A program made the translations under genes and the position numbers. Positions 19,219-32,075 of a DNA stretch of 64,000 nucleotides are shown piece after piece (the stretch's first letter is position 1; the number at the start of each line of letters is the position of its first letter). The notes below the pieces were generated by a model. It saw only the letters and a list, made by a program, of their open reading frames with translations. It was not told the origin of the DNA and did no database searches. The DNA comes from Bacteroidota bacterium (lineage in GTDB: Bacteria; Bacteroidota; Bacteroidia; Bacteroidales; GWA2-32-17). The stretch is taken from the NCBI GenBank assembly GCA_037441645.1, contig JBBIRU010000016.1, positions 67,042-131,041 of the forward strand. Reading direction: 5' to 3'.

Positions 19219-20418
19219 TTATTGCGCTCTTTTGGCTCTTTCCCAGTTTACAGACTGTTTCCCTTTTATATACCTGAAAAATCCAAGCCACATGGCAATG
19301 TTCATAACAAATATATAATAAGGCACAAACAAAAACTTCAATACTGTGTTCTTTTCCTGAATTAACCATCCCACAACTGCTAAAAAATAAAATAACGTCT
19401 GAAGCCAGAATAACAAAGAATACATATTAATATCAAATAACCCCATCCTCAGAGCCAGGAATATATTAAATATATATATAAACGGCAAAGCCATGGGAAC
19501 CAATATCCATCGAAGAATCTTATGTGAAACAAATTGAAAAGAAAGCAAAAAATCGTGAAAGGGATTTATTGCTTTTCCCAGGCGCATGGTCGACTGAATG
19601 GCACCGGCTGCTATACGTACTTTTCTTTTCAGTTCTTCTTTAACATTTACCGACGAAGTTTCAACAGCATATGCTTCAGGAACATATTTTATTCTGTACC
19701 CATCAATAGCTATTTTCATCGACATCATAAAGTCATCGAGTAATGTATCTGCTTCCACTTCTTTAAAAAGTTCGGTTCGTATGGCGAAAAGTTCACCGGC
19801 AGCGCCTACTGTTGTATATAATTCCGAATCCCATTTTTTTAATAAAGATTCGTATTTCCAATAAATTCCTTCGCCTGAACCGGCAGCCGAATCGGATTCT
19901 TTCTGTCTAATCCTTTTTTCACCGGCAACACACCCTACTCTTTTATCGTTAAATGCACTTGCTATTGCTTTAATACTTCCTTTTGACAAAATTGTATTTG
20001 CATCACAAAATATAACAATGGAAGTTTTTACATATTTCATTCCCCTGTTCATGGCATTAATCTTACCTCTGCGCTCCGGCTCATGAAGTACTGTAATATT
20101 CTTAAATTGACTTAACGTTTGCTCCGAACCATCGTTTGACCCATCTGTAACCCACAAAAAATGCAATTTATCTTCAGGATAATCCAATTCGTATCCGTTT
20201 TTCACTTTTTCTTCGATATACTCTTTTTCATTGTAGGCTGCTATAAAAAGCGTAACCTCGGGATATTCTTCATAAATTACCGGCTCCCGGGAAGAAGTTA
20301 CTCTTTTCATAACATTTAACAATAACAAAAGAACTGCATATCCTGCATAAGAATAAATTACTATTCCCAGTAGCAACCAGAATATAATAACAATGATTAA
20401 CATGCTTGGTGTTGGCAT
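19219..20418 (-). CDS. Family 2 glycosyltransferase (processive, membrane-embedded type)
   Basis: 399 aa. N-terminal TM segment, GT2 core ('LFIAAYNE','VTDGSNDGS','FCDANT') and a C-terminal multi-TM region. Confidence 0.88.
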   Translation of the reverse strand: MPTPSMLIIVIIFWLLLGIVIYSYAGYAVLLLLLNVMKRVTSSREPVIYEEYPEVTLFIAAYNEKEYIEEKVKNGYELDYPEDKLHFLWVTDGSNDGSEQTLSQFKNITVLHEPERRGKINAMNRGMKYVKTSIVIFCDANTILSKGSIKAIASAFNDKRVGCVAGEKRIRQKESDSAAGSGEGIYWKYESLLKKWDSELYTTVGAAGELFAIRTELFKEVEADTLLDDFMMSMKIAIDGYRIKYVPEAYAVETSSVNVKEELKRKVRIAAGAIQSTMRLGKAINPFHDFLLSFQFVSHKILRWILVPMALPFIYIFNIFLALRMGLFDINMYSLLFWLQTLFYFLAVVGWLIQEKNTVLKFLFVPYYIFVMNIAMWLGFFRYIKGKQSVNWERAKRAQ

Positions 20419-20491
20419 GTAAAGTTAAATCAATAGTCTCTAATTAAAAAACTTCTTCGGTAAAAGAGAATTGGGACAAATAATTAAGTAT

Positions 20492-21316
20492 TTAAAAGCT
20501 AACAGTAAAAGAAATCCCATTTATGGTAATAACAGCATCTTTATCGCAGGTTCCATCACCAAAATCTACCGTTCTTGAAGATAACCCCTGGGGAGTTAAT
20601 TCAAGTACTCCTTTGGTTATTATACCATTATAGCAGGAATTATCGAACGTTAATGAATCTTTGATATCAGAATCATATCCCAGTCCTTTTCTGTTAATTC
20701 CGGTAATATTTCCGGAGATTAAAAAACAGTCGTCGTTTTTTTCGTCCAAAGTCTGAAAACCGGATTTCCATTTTATAGTCCTATCCATTGTCCAGGAAGT
20801 ATTTTCACCATTCGGAAAGACCAACTTTGAATTATCCGTTTTAAACGTATATTCCGGCATAACCATACCTGCTCCAAAACAAGTTAATTGAAAACTCCCT
20901 ATTACCTGAACATTATCGAGATAAAAAGAATTCAGGCTTATCTCTGCACTTATTTCAGCAATGGAATCGATAGTCCATCTTCCGTCAAAAACAACAATTA
21001 TCTTTCCTTTTCTCTGGAAACCGTCAGAACAGAGAATTCCATTGCCATAGTTAATTATCATTGTTTTAGGAAAAGAATCTACAGGAAACTGCGGTGAAAT
21101 TGTAACCATTACATCTGTATCAACCTTAGGATTATTTTCACTTAAATAGTTTATTCCATAGTCATTTACAGTAGTCAGCAGATTTTCGGCAACATTATCA
21201 ACACTAATATTGTCGATAACAGATTGCGTATCATTGTCAGTCTCCTGTTCCGGTTTCTGACAGGAAAAAAGAAAGAGCAATAAAAAAACAACTATGAAAT
21301 TTTGAAAAATTTTCAT
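20492..21316 (-). CDS. Hypothetical lipoprotein
   Basis: I prefer the ATG at 21316 ('MKIFQNFIVVFLLLFLFSC', lipobox) over the longer track ORF. I recognise no family. Confidence 0.6.
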   Translation of the reverse strand: MKIFQNFIVVFLLLFLFSCQKPEQETDNDTQSVIDNISVDNVAENLLTTVNDYGINYLSENNPKVDTDVMVTISPQFPVDSFPKTMIINYGNGILCSDGFQRKGKIIVVFDGRWTIDSIAEISAEISLNSFYLDNVQVIGSFQLTCFGAGMVMPEYTFKTDNSKLVFPNGENTSWTMDRTIKWKSGFQTLDEKNDDCFLISGNITGINRKGLGYDSDIKDSLTFDNSCYNGIITKGVLELTPQGLSSRTVDFGDGTCDKDAVITINGISFTVSF

Positions 21317-21388
21317 TTTATTCGATGCAATTTCAACATAGACAAAGAGCAAAGAATAAAGGTTGCACTTATGCACTTTTTTGCATAT

Positions 21389-21715
21389 TTAGGCTTCTGC
21401 TGCAGGTCCTCCAAAAGTCATCGGAATAATGGGCCCCTGATCAGTAACTTTAATAGTACCGAACTGTGATTCGAATTTGTTCACATTTTCTTTAAGTGCA
21501 AGAAGTAATCTTTTTGCATGTTCAGGGGTAAGGATAATTCTTGATTTTACCTTTGCTTTTGGAATTCCGGGCATTATTCTGACAAAGTCGATGACAAACT
21601 CAGAACTGGAGTGAGTAATAACAGCCAGGTTTGAATAAACTCCCTGTGCTGTTTCCTCATCCAGCTCAATGTTAATTTGTCCTGCGTTTTTAGGATTATG
21701 ATCTTCCATATTCAT
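21389..21715 (-). CDS. DUF3467-family small protein, translationally coupled to rpoC
   Basis: 108 aa. Its start codon overlaps the rpoC stop (TAATG at 21713-21717). 'YSNLAVITHSSSEFVIDF' is the family-type core. Confidence 0.8.
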   Translation of the reverse strand: MNMEDHNPKNAGQINIELDEETAQGVYSNLAVITHSSSEFVIDFVRIMPGIPKAKVKSRIILTPEHAKRLLLALKENVNKFESQFGTIKVTDQGPIIPMTFGGPAAEA

Positions 21716-24700
21716 TATTCTGAAACTTCTATAGAGCGTTTTCTTGACATCATGGTTTCCAGTTCACTTTTCGAGCCTACCACCATTTTGGTATATTCAC
21801 GCAGACCTGTTCCGGCAGGAATTAAGTGACCTACAATTACATTTTCTTTCAATCCTTCAAGAAAATCTACTTTTCCATGAATTGCAGCTTCGTTAAGAAC
21901 CTTGGTTGTTTCCTGAAAAGAAGCAGCCGACATAAAGCTCTTTGTCTGAAGGGCAGCGCGGGTAATACCCTGAAGTACCTGGCTTGATGTAGCAGGTACG
22001 GCATCGCGGGCTTCAACCAGTTTTTTATCTTTTCTCTTCAGCATTGAATTTTCATCGCGAAGCTTACGGGCAGTAATAATCATACCTGGCTTGAAATTTT
22101 CTGAATCTCCGGCATCAACAACCACTTTTTTATCATAGATCCAGTCATTTTCTTCCATGAAATCAAGTTTATCTACCAATGATTTTTCAAGGAATCTTGT
22201 GTCGCCCTGATCTTCAATCAGAACTTTACGCATCATCTGCCTTACAATGGTTTCGAAATGTTTATCGTTAATTTTAACACCTTGCATTCTATACACTTCC
22301 TGAATTTCATTCACAATATATTCCTGAACAACAGTCGGTCCTTTGATAGCAAGAATATCGTTTGGTGTAATTGCTCCGTCTGACAACGAAGTTCCGGCGC
22401 GAACGTAGTCGCTTTCCTGAACAAGAATCTGTTTTGATAAAGGAACAAGATATTTTTTTACTTCACCTGTTTTGGAAGTAATAATAATTTCGCGGTTACC
22501 TCTCTTAATTTTACCATAGAGTACTTCACCATCAATTTCTGCAACAACAGCAGGATTTGAGGGATTCCTCGCTTCGAAAAGTTCAGTTACTCTTGGTAAA
22601 CCACCGGTGATATCGCCCGATTTTCCAACAGCTCTTGGTATTTTTACTAAAACAGAACCTGCTTTAATTTTTTCGCCCTGAGATATTGAAATATGTGCAC
22701 CTACAGGAATGTTGTAACTCTTCTGAACATCGCCTCCTGTTGTTACAATTTTTATTGTCGGGTTCTTTGTTTTATCACGGGTTTCGATAATAACTTTTTC
22801 TTTAAATCCGGTCTGTTCATCCGATTCTTCACGGAAAGTAACGCCTTCAATTACATTTTCAAAATCAATTTTACCGCCGGCTTCAGAAATAATAACAGCA
22901 TTATATGGATCCCATTCGCAAATGAGTTCACCTTTTTTAACTTCTGCATTATTCTTGACAAATAATTTCGATCCGTAAGGTAAGTTATGAGTCATTAAAA
23001 CGATTCCTGTCTTTTTATCAGTAATCCGCATTTCAGCTAAACGACTAACAACAACATCTACGCTACTGTTTTTTTCTTCTGCTAATGCAACGGTTCTGAG
23101 TTCATCAATTTCAATAACTCCGTCATAACGTGCAATAATATTCGATTCGGTAGTAATATTGGAAGCTGTACCTCCCACGTGAAATGTACGAAGAGTAAGC
23201 TGTGTTCCAGGTTCGCCAATTGATTGTGCTGCTATAACTCCAACCGCCTCTCCCATCTGAACCATCCTGCCATTTGCAAGGCTGCGTCCATAACATTTAG
23301 CACAAACTCCTTTTTTGGATTCGCAGGTTAATACTGAACGAATTTCTACGTTTTCAATAGGTGATTCGTCAATTTTCCTGGCAACTTCTTCGGTAATTTC
23401 TTCACCGGAAGCAATGATAAGTTCACCGGTAAACGGATGGTATAAATCGTGGACTGTTACTCTGCCAAGAATTCTATCATACAATGATTCAACAATTTCT
23501 TCGCCTTTTTTAAGTGAAGATGCAACCAATCCGCGTAAAGTACCGCAATCGTTCATGGAAATAATAACATCCTGTGAAACATCAACTAACCTACGGGTCA
23601 GATAACCGGCATCAGCTGTTTTCAGAGCTGTATCAGCTAACCCTTTACGGGCACCGTGAGTAGAAATAAAGTACTCAAGAACCGATAATCCTTCTTTAAA
23701 GTTGGCCAAAATCGGGTTTTCGATAATTTCCGAACCTGTAGAACCGGATTTCTGTGGTTTTGCCATCAAACCTCTCATCCCGCATAACTGACGGATCTGT
23801 TCTTTGGAACCACGGGCTCCTGAATCCAACATCATGAAAACAGGATTGAATCCCTGGTTATCTTCCGAAATTTGTTTTAATACCAGGTTTGTAAGTCTGG
23901 CATTAGTATGTGTCCATATATCAATAATCTGATTGTATCGTTCATTATTGGTTATAAATCCCATGTTGTAGTTAGAGAGAACTTCTTCTACCTGCTGATA
24001 GCCATCATTCACGAGTTTCTCTTTTTCAACAGGAATAATAACATCATCCAGGTTAAACGACAATCCACCTCTGAATGCCATCTGGAAACCTAAATTTTTA
24101 ATATCATCGAGGAATTTCGCAGCACGGGCAATACCGGTAACTTTCAATACATTCGCAATAATATCACGAAGTGATTTTTTAGTAAGAAGTTCGTTTATAT
24201 ACCCAACTTCTTTTGGAACAACTTCATTAAAGAGAACCCTGCCCACAGTTGTTTCAATAATCCGCAGCACAGATTGTCCGTCAACTATATCGTGAGTTTT
24301 AACTTTAATCATGGAATGAAGTTCAACTGCTTTTTCATTATAAGCAATGATTACTTCTTCGGGAGAATAAAATGTGAGGCCTTCTCCTTTAATAATTCTT
24401 TCTTTAGTACTTTTACGTGCTTTGGTAATATAATAAAGACCCAAAACCATATCCTGCGAAGGAACAGTAACCGGCGCACCATTGGATGGATTAAGAATAT
24501 TATGTGAAGCCAGCATCAGTAACTGGGCTTCCAAAATTGCAGCATTTCCTAAAGGTAAATGAACAGCCATCTGGTCACCGTCAAAGTCAGCGTTGAACGC
24601 GGTACAAACGAGTGGGTGCAACTGGATAGCTTTACCTTCGATAAGTTTAGGCTGGAACGACTGAATACCCAAACGGTGAAGTGTTGGAGCACGGTTGAGT

Positions 24701-26001
24701 AATACCGGGTGTCCTTTCAGAACGTTTTCCAAAATATCCCATACTACAGGATCGCGGCGGTCAACAATTTTTTTAGCAGATTTTACGGTTTTTACAATAC
24801 CTCTTTCAATCAGTTTACGGATGATAAAAGGTTTGTATAACTCAGCTGCCATATCTTTCGGCAAACCACATTCGTGTAATTGTAATTCTGGCCCTACGAC
24901 GATAACCGAACGGGCAGAATAATCGACACGTTTACCCAACAAGTTCTGACGGAAACGACCCTGTTTACCTTTTAAGCTGTCGCTTAATGATTTTAAAGGA
25001 CGGTTTGCTTCCGTTTTTACTGCATTCGATTTACGTGAGTTATCGAGTAAGCTGTCAACAGCTTCCTGTAACATACGTTTTTCGTTCCTGAGAATTACTT
25101 CAGGAGCTTTAATATCAATCAGCCTTTTCAGACGGTTGTTACGGATAATAACTCTTCTGTAAAGGTCATTTAAATCGCTGGTTGCAAACCTGCCGCCATC
25201 CAATGGGACCAATGGTCTTAATTCGGGCGGAATGACAGGAATAACTTTTAAAATCATCCATTCCGGTTTGTTTATTCCTTTTGATTCGCGGAAAGCTTCA
25301 ACCACCTGGAGTCTTTTTAAAGCTTCATTTTTTCTTTGTTGTGAGGTTTCTTTGTTTGCCTGATCGCGTAATGCATAGGACAGATCATCCAAATCGATAA
25401 TTGATAACAAATCATGCATCGCATCGGCTCCCATTTTTGCAATAAATTTATTGGGATCGGTATCTTCCAGATACTGATTATCTTTTGGAAGATTTTCAAT
25501 GATATTTACATATTCTTCTTCCGTAAGAAAATCCATTTTATTAAGACCATCGGCAGCTTTAACCCCGGGGTTAATAACAACGTAACGTTCGTAATAAATA
25601 ATCGAATCCAGTTTTTTGGAAGGCAATCCTAACAACGCACCGATTTTATTGGGTAACGAACGGAAGTACCAGATGTGAGAAACTGGAACAACCAATTCGA
25701 TATGACCAATACGTTCACGACGAACTTTCTTCTCGGTAACTTCAACACCGCAGCGGTCGCAAACAATACCTTTATATCTTATTCTTTTATACTTTCCGCA
25801 ATGACATTCGAAATCTTTTACAGGTCCGAAAATTCTTTCGCAGAACAAACCATCACGTTCAGGTTTATAAGTTCTGTAATTGATAGTTTCCGGTTTTATA
25901 ACTTCACCACTTGAACGTTCAAGAATTTCTTCGGGAGAAGCTAATCCGATAACGATTTTTGAGAAAGTGCTTTTTACTTTATTGTCTCTTCTGAAAGCCA
26001 T
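21715..26001 (-). CDS. rpoC: DNA-directed RNA polymerase subunit beta'
   Basis: 1428 aa. Zn-finger '[21 protein letters not shown]', catalytic 'NADFDGD', and bridge-helix/trigger-loop regions. Confidence 0.99.
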   Translation of the reverse strand: MAFRRDNKVKSTFSKIVIGLASPEEILERSSGEVIKPETINYRTYKPERDGLFCERIFGPVKDFECHCGKYKRIRYKGIVCDRCGVEVTEKKVRRERIGHIELVVPVSHIWYFRSLPNKIGALLGLPSKKLDSIIYYERYVVINPGVKAADGLNKMDFLTEEEYVNIIENLPKDNQYLEDTDPNKFIAKMGADAMHDLLSIIDLDDLSYALRDQANKETSQQRKNEALKRLQVVEAFRESKGINKPEWMILKVIPVIPPELRPLVPLDGGRFATSDLNDLYRRVIIRNNRLKRLIDIKAPEVILRNEKRMLQEAVDSLLDNSRKSNAVKTEANRPLKSLSDSLKGKQGRFRQNLLGKRVDYSARSVIVVGPELQLHECGLPKDMAAELYKPFIIRKLIERGIVKTVKSAKKIVDRRDPVVWDILENVLKGHPVLLNRAPTLHRLGIQSFQPKLIEGKAIQLHPLVCTAFNADFDGDQMAVHLPLGNAAILEAQLLMLASHNILNPSNGAPVTVPSQDMVLGLYYITKARKSTKERIIKGEGLTFYSPEEVIIAYNEKAVELHSMIKVKTHDIVDGQSVLRIIETTVGRVLFNEVVPKEVGYINELLTKKSLRDIIANVLKVTGIARAAKFLDDIKNLGFQMAFRGGLSFNLDDVIIPVEKEKLVNDGYQQVEEVLSNYNMGFITNNERYNQIIDIWTHTNARLTNLVLKQISEDNQGFNPVFMMLDSGARGSKEQIRQLCGMRGLMAKPQKSGSTGSEIIENPILANFKEGLSVLEYFISTHGARKGLADTALKTADAGYLTRRLVDVSQDVIISMNDCGTLRGLVASSLKKGEEIVESLYDRILGRVTVHDLYHPFTGELIIASGEEITEEVARKIDESPIENVEIRSVLTCESKKGVCAKCYGRSLANGRMVQMGEAVGVIAAQSIGEPGTQLTLRTFHVGGTASNITTESNIIARYDGVIEIDELRTVALAEEKNSSVDVVVSRLAEMRITDKKTGIVLMTHNLPYGSKLFVKNNAEVKKGELICEWDPYNAVIISEAGGKIDFENVIEGVTFREESDEQTGFKEKVIIETRDKTKNPTIKIVTTGGDVQKSYNIPVGAHISISQGEKIKAGSVLVKIPRAVGKSGDITGGLPRVTELFEARNPSNPAVVAEIDGEVLYGKIKRGNREIIITSKTGEVKKYLVPLSKQILVQESDYVRAGTSLSDGAITPNDILAIKGPTVVQEYIVNEIQEVYRMQGVKINDKHFETIVRQMMRKVLIEDQGDTRFLEKSLVDKLDFMEENDWIYDKKVVVDAGDSENFKPGMIITARKLRDENSMLKRKDKKLVEARDAVPATSSQVLQGITRAALQTKSFMSAASFQETTKVLNEAAIHGKVDFLEGLKENVIVGHLIPAGTGLREYTKMVVGSKSELETMMSRKRSIEVSE

Positions 26002-26053
26002 AATTGTTTTCTTTTTTTTAAGTTAATTAAAGGGCAGAGCCCAAAAAACCAGG

Positions 26054-29000
26054 CTATTCTAAATTAATACTTAGACCCAGGCCACGTAATTCATGAATGA
26101 GCACATTGAGTGACTCAGGAATTCCGGGAACCGGCATTGGTTCACCTTTAACAATCGCTTCGTATGCTTTGGCACGACCCATAACATCATCCGATTTAAT
26201 TGTAAGAATTTCCTGTAGAATGTTGGCTGCACCAAATGCTTCGAGCGCCCAGACTTCCATTTCACCAAAACGCTGACCTCCGAACTGAGCTTTACCGCCC
26301 AATGGCTGTTGCGTAATAAGTGAATAAGGACCAATGGAACGTGCATGCATTTTGTCGTCAACCATGTGACCCAGTTTAAGCATGTAAATTACACCTACTG
26401 TTGCAGGCTGGTCAAATTTTTCGCCTGTGCCACCATCATACAGGTGCATACGACCATAACGTGGAATTCCGGCTTTATCAGAGTATTTATTAATTTCATC
26501 CAAATCGGCTCCGTCGAAAATAGGAGTTGCGAATGTCATTCCTAACTCACGGCCGGCCCAACCCAAAACAGTTTCGTAAATCTGTCCGAGGTTCATACGG
26601 GAAGGCACACCAAGTGGGTTAAGTACGATATCAACAGGGGTTCCGTTTTCGAGGAAAGGCATATCTTCTTCACGAACAATTCTTGAAACAATACCTTTGT
26701 TTCCGTGACGACCTGCCATCTTATCACCTACTTTAATTACACGTTTCTGTGCAACATAAACTTTTGCAAGTTTTACAATACCGGTAGGTAGTTCATCGCC
26801 AATGGTAAGATTGAATTTTTTGCGTTTAGCTTCAGCTTCAATTTCTTTATGTTTAACAATGTAATTATTTAACAGATCACGGATCAAATCGTTTTTCGAT
26901 TTATCGGTAGTCCATTTATTCGGATTAATATTGATAAAATCAACTGTCTGAAGCATTTTAAGAGTAAATTTCTCACCCTTTGCTATAACATCCACATTGT
27001 AATAATCTTTTACTCCCTGCGATGTTTTGCCATTTACTACAACAAATAATTTTTCAATTAATTTTTGTTTAAACTCATTGAGTTTCTTTGCTGCTTCTTC
27101 ATCAATTTTATCGAGAAGAGTCTTTTCTGCAACTTTTACTTTACGATCTTTAATCTGACGTGAGAAAAGCTTTTTATCAATTACAACACCATACATGGAT
27201 GGCGGAACTTTTAAGGAAGCATCTTTTACATCACCGGCTTTATCGCCAAAGATTGCACGTAAAAGTTTTTCTTCGGGAGATGGATCTGTTTCACCTTTAG
27301 GAGTGATTTTACCAATTAAAATATCACCGGGCTGAACATAAGCACCTCTGCGGATAAGTCCATTTTCATCAAGGTTGCGTGTAGCTTCTTCGCTAACGTT
27401 AGGAATATCAGAAGTTAATTCTTCAACTCCACGTTTTGTATCACGAACTTCTAATATGAATTCATCAATATGAATAGAAGTAAATGCATCCTGTTTTACG
27501 AGTTTTTCATTAATAACAATAGCATCTTCAAAGTTGTATCCTTTCCAGGGCATGAAAGCAACCATCAGGTTTCTGCCAAGTGCCAGTTCACCGTTACGGG
27601 TTGCATATCCTTCAGTAAGTACTTGTCCTTTCTGAATTTTCTGTCCTTTTTTAACAATAGGGCGAAGTGTAATGGTAGTATTCTGGTTTGTTTTTCTGAA
27701 TTTTAAGATTCTGTAACGAACCACATCTTCGTCAAAACTCACAAATTTTTCTTCTTCAGAGCGTTTGTAACGAATTACTATTTCGTTGCCATCAACAAAC
27801 TCAACTACCCCATCGGCTTCAGCCATCAAAAGTGTACGCGAATCTAACGCTACTTTTTCTTCCAACCCGGTACCTACAATCGGTGCCTGAGGAACAAGCA
27901 ACGGAACTGCCTGGCGCATCATGTTTGATCCCATCAAAGCACGGTTAGCATCATCATGTTCCAGGAACGGAATAAGGCTGGCTGCAATTGAAGCAATCTG
28001 ATTAGGAGCAATATCCATTAACTGGATCTGTTCTTTTTCAAGAACGGGGAAATCACCTCTGAATCTTGCTTTTACTTTTGGATTCTGGAACACACCTTTA
28101 TCACTAAGCGGTGCATTTGCCTGAGCTATAATTTTTTCTTCTTCTTCTTCAGCGCTCATGTATACAACACCTTCGTTTTGCAGGTTAACAGTTCCTGCTT
28201 CAGCCAAACGATAGGGAGTTTCTATAAAACCAAGTTTATTGATTTTTGCATATACACAAAGGGAAGAAATAAGGCCGATATTCGGTCCTTCAGGGGTTTC
28301 GATCGGACATAGACGGCCATAGTGAGTGTAGTGAACGTCACGAACTTCGAATCCGGCTCTTTCACGTGTCAAACCGCCTGGTCCTAACGCTGACAAACGA
28401 CGTTTGTGAGTCATTTCGGCCAGTGGATTGGTCTGATCCATGAACTGTGACAGCTGGTTTGTACCAAAGAATGTATTGATTACAGAAGAAAGGCTCTTTG
28501 CATTGATCAAATCAATAGGAGTAAATACTTCATTATCTCTTACGTTCATTTTCTCACGAATGGTTCTTGCCATACGTGCCAAACCAACACCAAACTGGGC
28601 GGACAATTGTTCGCCAACGGTTCTGACTCTACGGTTACTCAAGTGATCGATATCATCAACATCTGCTTTGGAGTTGATAAGTTCTATCAGGTATTGAATA
28701 ATATAAATAATGTCGGCTTTGGTAAGAATCTTTGTATCAATAGGAATTTCAAGTCCTAATTTTTTATTGATTCTGTAACGGCCAACTTCTCCTAAATCAT
28801 ATCTTTTAATGGAGAAAAATAATTTATCAATTACGTCGCGTGCAGTTTCTTCATCGGGAGGTTCTGCATTACGTAACTGACGATAGATGTACATTACAGC
28901 TTCTTTCTCAGAGTTACAGGGATCTTTCTGTAATGTATTGTATATAATTGCAAAATCAGTCAGGTTTTGATCTTCTTTATGGAGAAGTATCGTTTTGGAA

Positions 29001-29863
29001 CCGGAATCAACGATTAAATCAATATGATCTTTATCGATAACGGTTTCCCTGTCAATGATTATTTCATTTCTTTCGATAGACACAACTTCGCCGGTATCTT
29101 CATCCACGAAGTCTTCAATCCATGTTTTTAAAACACGGGCTGCCAGTTTGCGACCAATAAGTTTCTTCAAAGCTGCTTTTGAAACCTTTACTTCTTCAGC
29201 TAAACCGAAGATCTCAAGAATATCTTTATCGCTTTCGAAACCTATAGCACGCAATAAGGTTGTTACCGGTAATTTCTTTTTTCTATCAATATATGCATAC
29301 ATCACATTATTGATATCGGTAGCAAATTCAATCCACGATCCTTTGAATGGGATAATACGGGCTGAATACAGTTTTGTACCGTTGGCATGTACGCTTTGTC
29401 CGAAAAACACGCCGGGTGATCTGTGTAATTGTGAAACAACAACACGTTCTGCGCCATTGATTACAAATGTTCCGCGGGGAGTCATATAGGGAACTGTCCC
29501 TAAATATACATCCTGGATTACTGTATCAAAATCCTCATGATCGGGGTCAGTGCAAAAGAGTTTGAGTTTTGCTTTTAAAGCAACACTATAGGTTAATCCT
29601 CTTTCGATACACTCGTTAATTTCATAACGCGGTGGATCCACAAAATAATCGATAAACTCCAGAACAAAGTTATTCCGGGTATCGGATATGGGGAAATTTT
29701 CCTGGAAGACACGATGAAGTCCTTCCATTTTTCTTTTCTCAGGAGTAGAATTCAGCTGAAAAAACTCCTCGAAAGAGCGAACCTGAATCTCCAAAAAATC
29801 AGGATATTGAAACTGATTTTTATGGGATCCGAAACTAATTCTATTGTTATTTGTTGCAGACAT
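26054..29863 (-). CDS. rpoB: DNA-directed RNA polymerase subunit beta
   Basis: The track ORF extends to 29902. The conserved N-terminus '[12 protein letters not shown]...' begins at the ATG at 29861-29863. Rif-cluster region '[28 protein letters not shown]'. Confidence 0.99.
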   Translation of the reverse strand: MSATNNNRISFGSHKNQFQYPDFLEIQVRSFEEFFQLNSTPEKRKMEGLHRVFQENFPISDTRNNFVLEFIDYFVDPPRYEINECIERGLTYSVALKAKLKLFCTDPDHEDFDTVIQDVYLGTVPYMTPRGTFVINGAERVVVSQLHRSPGVFFGQSVHANGTKLYSARIIPFKGSWIEFATDINNVMYAYIDRKKKLPVTTLLRAIGFESDKDILEIFGLAEEVKVSKAALKKLIGRKLAARVLKTWIEDFVDEDTGEVVSIERNEIIIDRETVIDKDHIDLIVDSGSKTILLHKEDQNLTDFAIIYNTLQKDPCNSEKEAVMYIYRQLRNAEPPDEETARDVIDKLFFSIKRYDLGEVGRYRINKKLGLEIPIDTKILTKADIIYIIQYLIELINSKADVDDIDHLSNRRVRTVGEQLSAQFGVGLARMARTIREKMNVRDNEVFTPIDLINAKSLSSVINTFFGTNQLSQFMDQTNPLAEMTHKRRLSALGPGGLTRERAGFEVRDVHYTHYGRLCPIETPEGPNIGLISSLCVYAKINKLGFIETPYRLAEAGTVNLQNEGVVYMSAEEEEEKIIAQANAPLSDKGVFQNPKVKARFRGDFPVLEKEQIQLMDIAPNQIASIAASLIPFLEHDDANRALMGSNMMRQAVPLLVPQAPIVGTGLEEKVALDSRTLLMAEADGVVEFVDGNEIVIRYKRSEEEKFVSFDEDVVRYRILKFRKTNQNTTITLRPIVKKGQKIQKGQVLTEGYATRNGELALGRNLMVAFMPWKGYNFEDAIVINEKLVKQDAFTSIHIDEFILEVRDTKRGVEELTSDIPNVSEEATRNLDENGLIRRGAYVQPGDILIGKITPKGETDPSPEEKLLRAIFGDKAGDVKDASLKVPPSMYGVVIDKKLFSRQIKDRKVKVAEKTLLDKIDEEAAKKLNEFKQKLIEKLFVVVNGKTSQGVKDYYNVDVIAKGEKFTLKMLQTVDFININPNKWTTDKSKNDLIRDLLNNYIVKHKEIEAEAKRKKFNLTIGDELPTGIVKLAKVYVAQKRVIKVGDKMAGRHGNKGIVSRIVREEDMPFLENGTPVDIVLNPLGVPSRMNLGQIYETVLGWAGRELGMTFATPIFDGADLDEINKYSDKAGIPRYGRMHLYDGGTGEKFDQPATVGVIYMLKLGHMVDDKMHARSIGPYSLITQQPLGGKAQFGGQRFGEMEVWALEAFGAANILQEILTIKSDDVMGRAKAYEAIVKGEPMPVPGIPESLNVLIHELRGLGLSINLE

Positions 29864-29958
29864 TTTAATTCTATTAATTGAACATAATAAATAAAACGAC
29901 AAAAAGGCTTAAGGCCTTCAAGAGGCCCTAAACCTATATAGGTTACTGAACTTCGTTT

Positions 29959-30336
29959 TTATTTAAGTTCAATTTCTGCGCCTGCTTCTTCTAATTTTGC
30001 CTTTAATGATTCAGCTTCTTCTTTTGAGCAACCTTCTTTAACTGCCTTTGGTGCAGCATCAACTAAGTCCTTTGCTTCTTTAAGTCCAAGACCTGTTAAT
30101 TCTTTCACCAATTTAACTATCTGAAGTTTTGCACCACCGGGTGATTTAAGAACCACATCGAATGAGCTTTTTTCAGCAGGTGCTGCAGCATCGCCAGCGC
30201 CCGGAGCAGCAGCAACTGCAACTGCAGCAGCAGCAGGCTCAATGCCATATTCATCTTTTAAAATCTTGGCTAATTCGTTAACATCTTTTACTGTTAAGTT
30301 CACCAATTCTTCTGCTAAAACTTTTAAATCTGCCAT
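29959..30336 (-). CDS. rplL: 50S ribosomal protein L7/L12
   Basis: 125 aa with an Ala/Pro hinge. C-terminal domain '[24 protein letters not shown]'. Confidence 0.99.
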   Translation of the reverse strand: MADLKVLAEELVNLTVKDVNELAKILKDEYGIEPAAAAVAVAAAPGAGDAAAPAEKSSFDVVLKSPGGAKLQIVKLVKELTGLGLKEAKDLVDAAPKAVKEGCSKEEAESLKAKLEEAGAEIELK

Positions 30337-30369
30337 TTTACTGTTTTTAAGATTAAAAACTATTTTGAA

Positions 30370-30888
30370 TTATTTTTTCTCTGAGAGAGTTTTTACGACG
30401 CCAGCAATAATATGCTTTCCTGATTCGAGTGAAGACATAACGTTGCGGAGCGGGGATTGTAACAATCCGATAATATCTCCGATAAGTTCTTCTTTACTTT
30501 TGATTGAAACAAGTGCATCGATCTGGTTGTCGCCAATGTAAACTGATTCTTCAACAAAAGCACCTTTAAGTAAAGGTTTTTTGTTTGTTCTGCGGAATTC
30601 CTTAATCAGTTTTGCGGGTTCGTTTGCGGAATTAGAAAACATTACCGAGGTACCACCTTGTAAGACATTGTATAGTCCATCGAATTTTCCTTCGAATCTT
30701 TCCAGCGCTTTGCGGAGTAAAGTATTCTTAACAACTACTAATTCAATTTCTTTATCAAAGCATTTACGTCTTAAAACACTGGTATCTGCAGCATTCAAAT
30801 CTGAAATATCCGCAAAATAGAAATGACTGAATTGCTGAAAACGTCCAGCTAATTCGTCAATGATTTTATTTTTATCTTCTTTTCTCAT
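30370..30888 (-). CDS. rplJ: 50S ribosomal protein L10
   Basis: 172 aa, located between rplA and rplL, with the L10 N-terminal pattern. Confidence 0.97.
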   Translation of the reverse strand: MRKEDKNKIIDELAGRFQQFSHFYFADISDLNAADTSVLRRKCFDKEIELVVVKNTLLRKALERFEGKFDGLYNVLQGGTSVMFSNSANEPAKLIKEFRRTNKKPLLKGAFVEESVYIGDNQIDALVSIKSKEELIGDIIGLLQSPLRNVMSSLESGKHIIAGVVKTLSEKK

Positions 30889-30906
30889 TTGTGCCTTGTA
30901 ATTAGA

Positions 30907-31599
30907 TTAATCAACTGATTTGGCATCAATCTGAATACCGGGACTCATGGTACTCGACAGATAAATACTCTTTAAATAAGTTCCTTTTGCTGCAGTAGGC
31001 TTTAATTTGATAATAGTACGAATAAATTCTTTAGCATTATCAATTATTTGCTCTTCAGTAAAAGATACTTTTCCTACAGATGAATGAACGATGCCATATT
31101 TATCAACCTTAAAATCGATTTTACCCATCTTCACTTCCTTTACAGCTTTTCCAACTTCCATTGTAACTGTACCACTTTTAGGGTTAGGCATAAGGCCACG
31201 GGGGCCTAATACTTTACCTAAAGCACCGATTTTAGCCATAACAGATGGCATTGTTATAATTACATCAATATCTGTCCAACCACCTTTAATTTTTTCGATG
31301 TATTCTTCCAGACCCACATAATCAGCGCCAGCTTCGGTTGCTTCGTTTACCTTATCGGGTGTACAAAGTACCAAAACCCTGGTTAGCTTACCTGTTCCGT
31401 GAGGAAGGGTAACGATACCACGAACCATCTGATTTGCTTTCCTGGGATCAACACCGAGTCTAATGTCAAGGTCAACAGAAGCATCAAATTTTGTGAAAGT
31501 AAGAGTCTTTACAAGTTTAGCAGCTCCATTAATATCATATGACATATTAGGATCTACTTTCGCCTGCGCAGCCTTACGGTTTTTAGTTAATTTTCCCAT
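30907..31599 (-). CDS. rplA: 50S ribosomal protein L1
   Basis: 230 aa. '[24 protein letters not shown]' and '[10 protein letters not shown]'. Confidence 0.99.
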   Translation of the reverse strand: MGKLTKNRKAAQAKVDPNMSYDINGAAKLVKTLTFTKFDASVDLDIRLGVDPRKANQMVRGIVTLPHGTGKLTRVLVLCTPDKVNEATEAGADYVGLEEYIEKIKGGWTDIDVIITMPSVMAKIGALGKVLGPRGLMPNPKSGTVTMEVGKAVKEVKMGKIDFKVDKYGIVHSSVGKVSFTEEQIIDNAKEFIRTIIKLKPTAAKGTYLKSIYLSSTMSPGIQIDAKSVD

Positions 31600-31613
31600 T
31601 GCTTCTACGTTGT

Positions 31614-32057
31614 TTAATTTTGAAATGGTGAAACTCCTGTAACAGTAATTCCAATACTACGTGCGGTACCGGCAACCATTTTCATGGCTGACTCGATGGT
31701 AAAGCAGTTAAGATCGGGCATTTTATCTAAAGCAATAGCTTTAACCTGATCCCATGTTACAGAACCTACCTTATTTCTGTTAGATTCCGGAGAACCTGAC
31801 TGAAGTTTGGCAGCTTCGAGGAGTTGTACAGATGCAGGAGGAGTTTTAACGACAAAATCAAATGATTTGTCGGCATATACAGTAATTAAAACGGGTAATA
31901 CTTTTCCAGCCTTATCCTGGGTTCTTGCATTAAATTGTTTGCAGAATTCCATGATATTTAACCCCTTTGAACCTAATGCAGGTCCTACGGGAGGAGACGG
32001 ATTAGCGGCACCACCTTTAATCTGTAATTTGATAAATGTTTCTACTTGTTTTGCCAT
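31614..32057 (-). CDS. rplK: 50S ribosomal protein L11
   Basis: The start is moved to the ATG at 32055-32057 ('[29 protein letters not shown]'). Confidence 0.99.
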   Translation of the reverse strand: MAKQVETFIKLQIKGGAANPSPPVGPALGSKGLNIMEFCKQFNARTQDKAGKVLPVLITVYADKSFDFVVKTPPASVQLLEAAKLQSGSPESNRNKVGSVTWDQVKAIALDKMPDLNCFTIESAMKMVAGTARSIGITVTGVSPFQN

Positions 32058-32075
32058 AAAACACAATCCATTTTT

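Noticed and set aside
21715-29902. Numerous 60-144-aa ORFs on the + strand (and one alternate-frame minus ORF at 26071-26361) inside rpoB and rpoC
   Set aside because: They are antisense to, or out of frame with, highly conserved RNAP genes. Their composition is low-complexity and Phe/Ile/Asn-rich, as is typical of AT-rich antisense frames. None has a recognisable motif.
30337-32075. L10 (rplJ) and L1 (rplKA) autoregulatory leader RNAs
   Set aside because: The spacers in secE-nusG-rplK-rplA-rplJ-rplL are only 6-33 nt, which leaves no room for the ~100-nt leaders known from Proteobacteria and Firmicutes.
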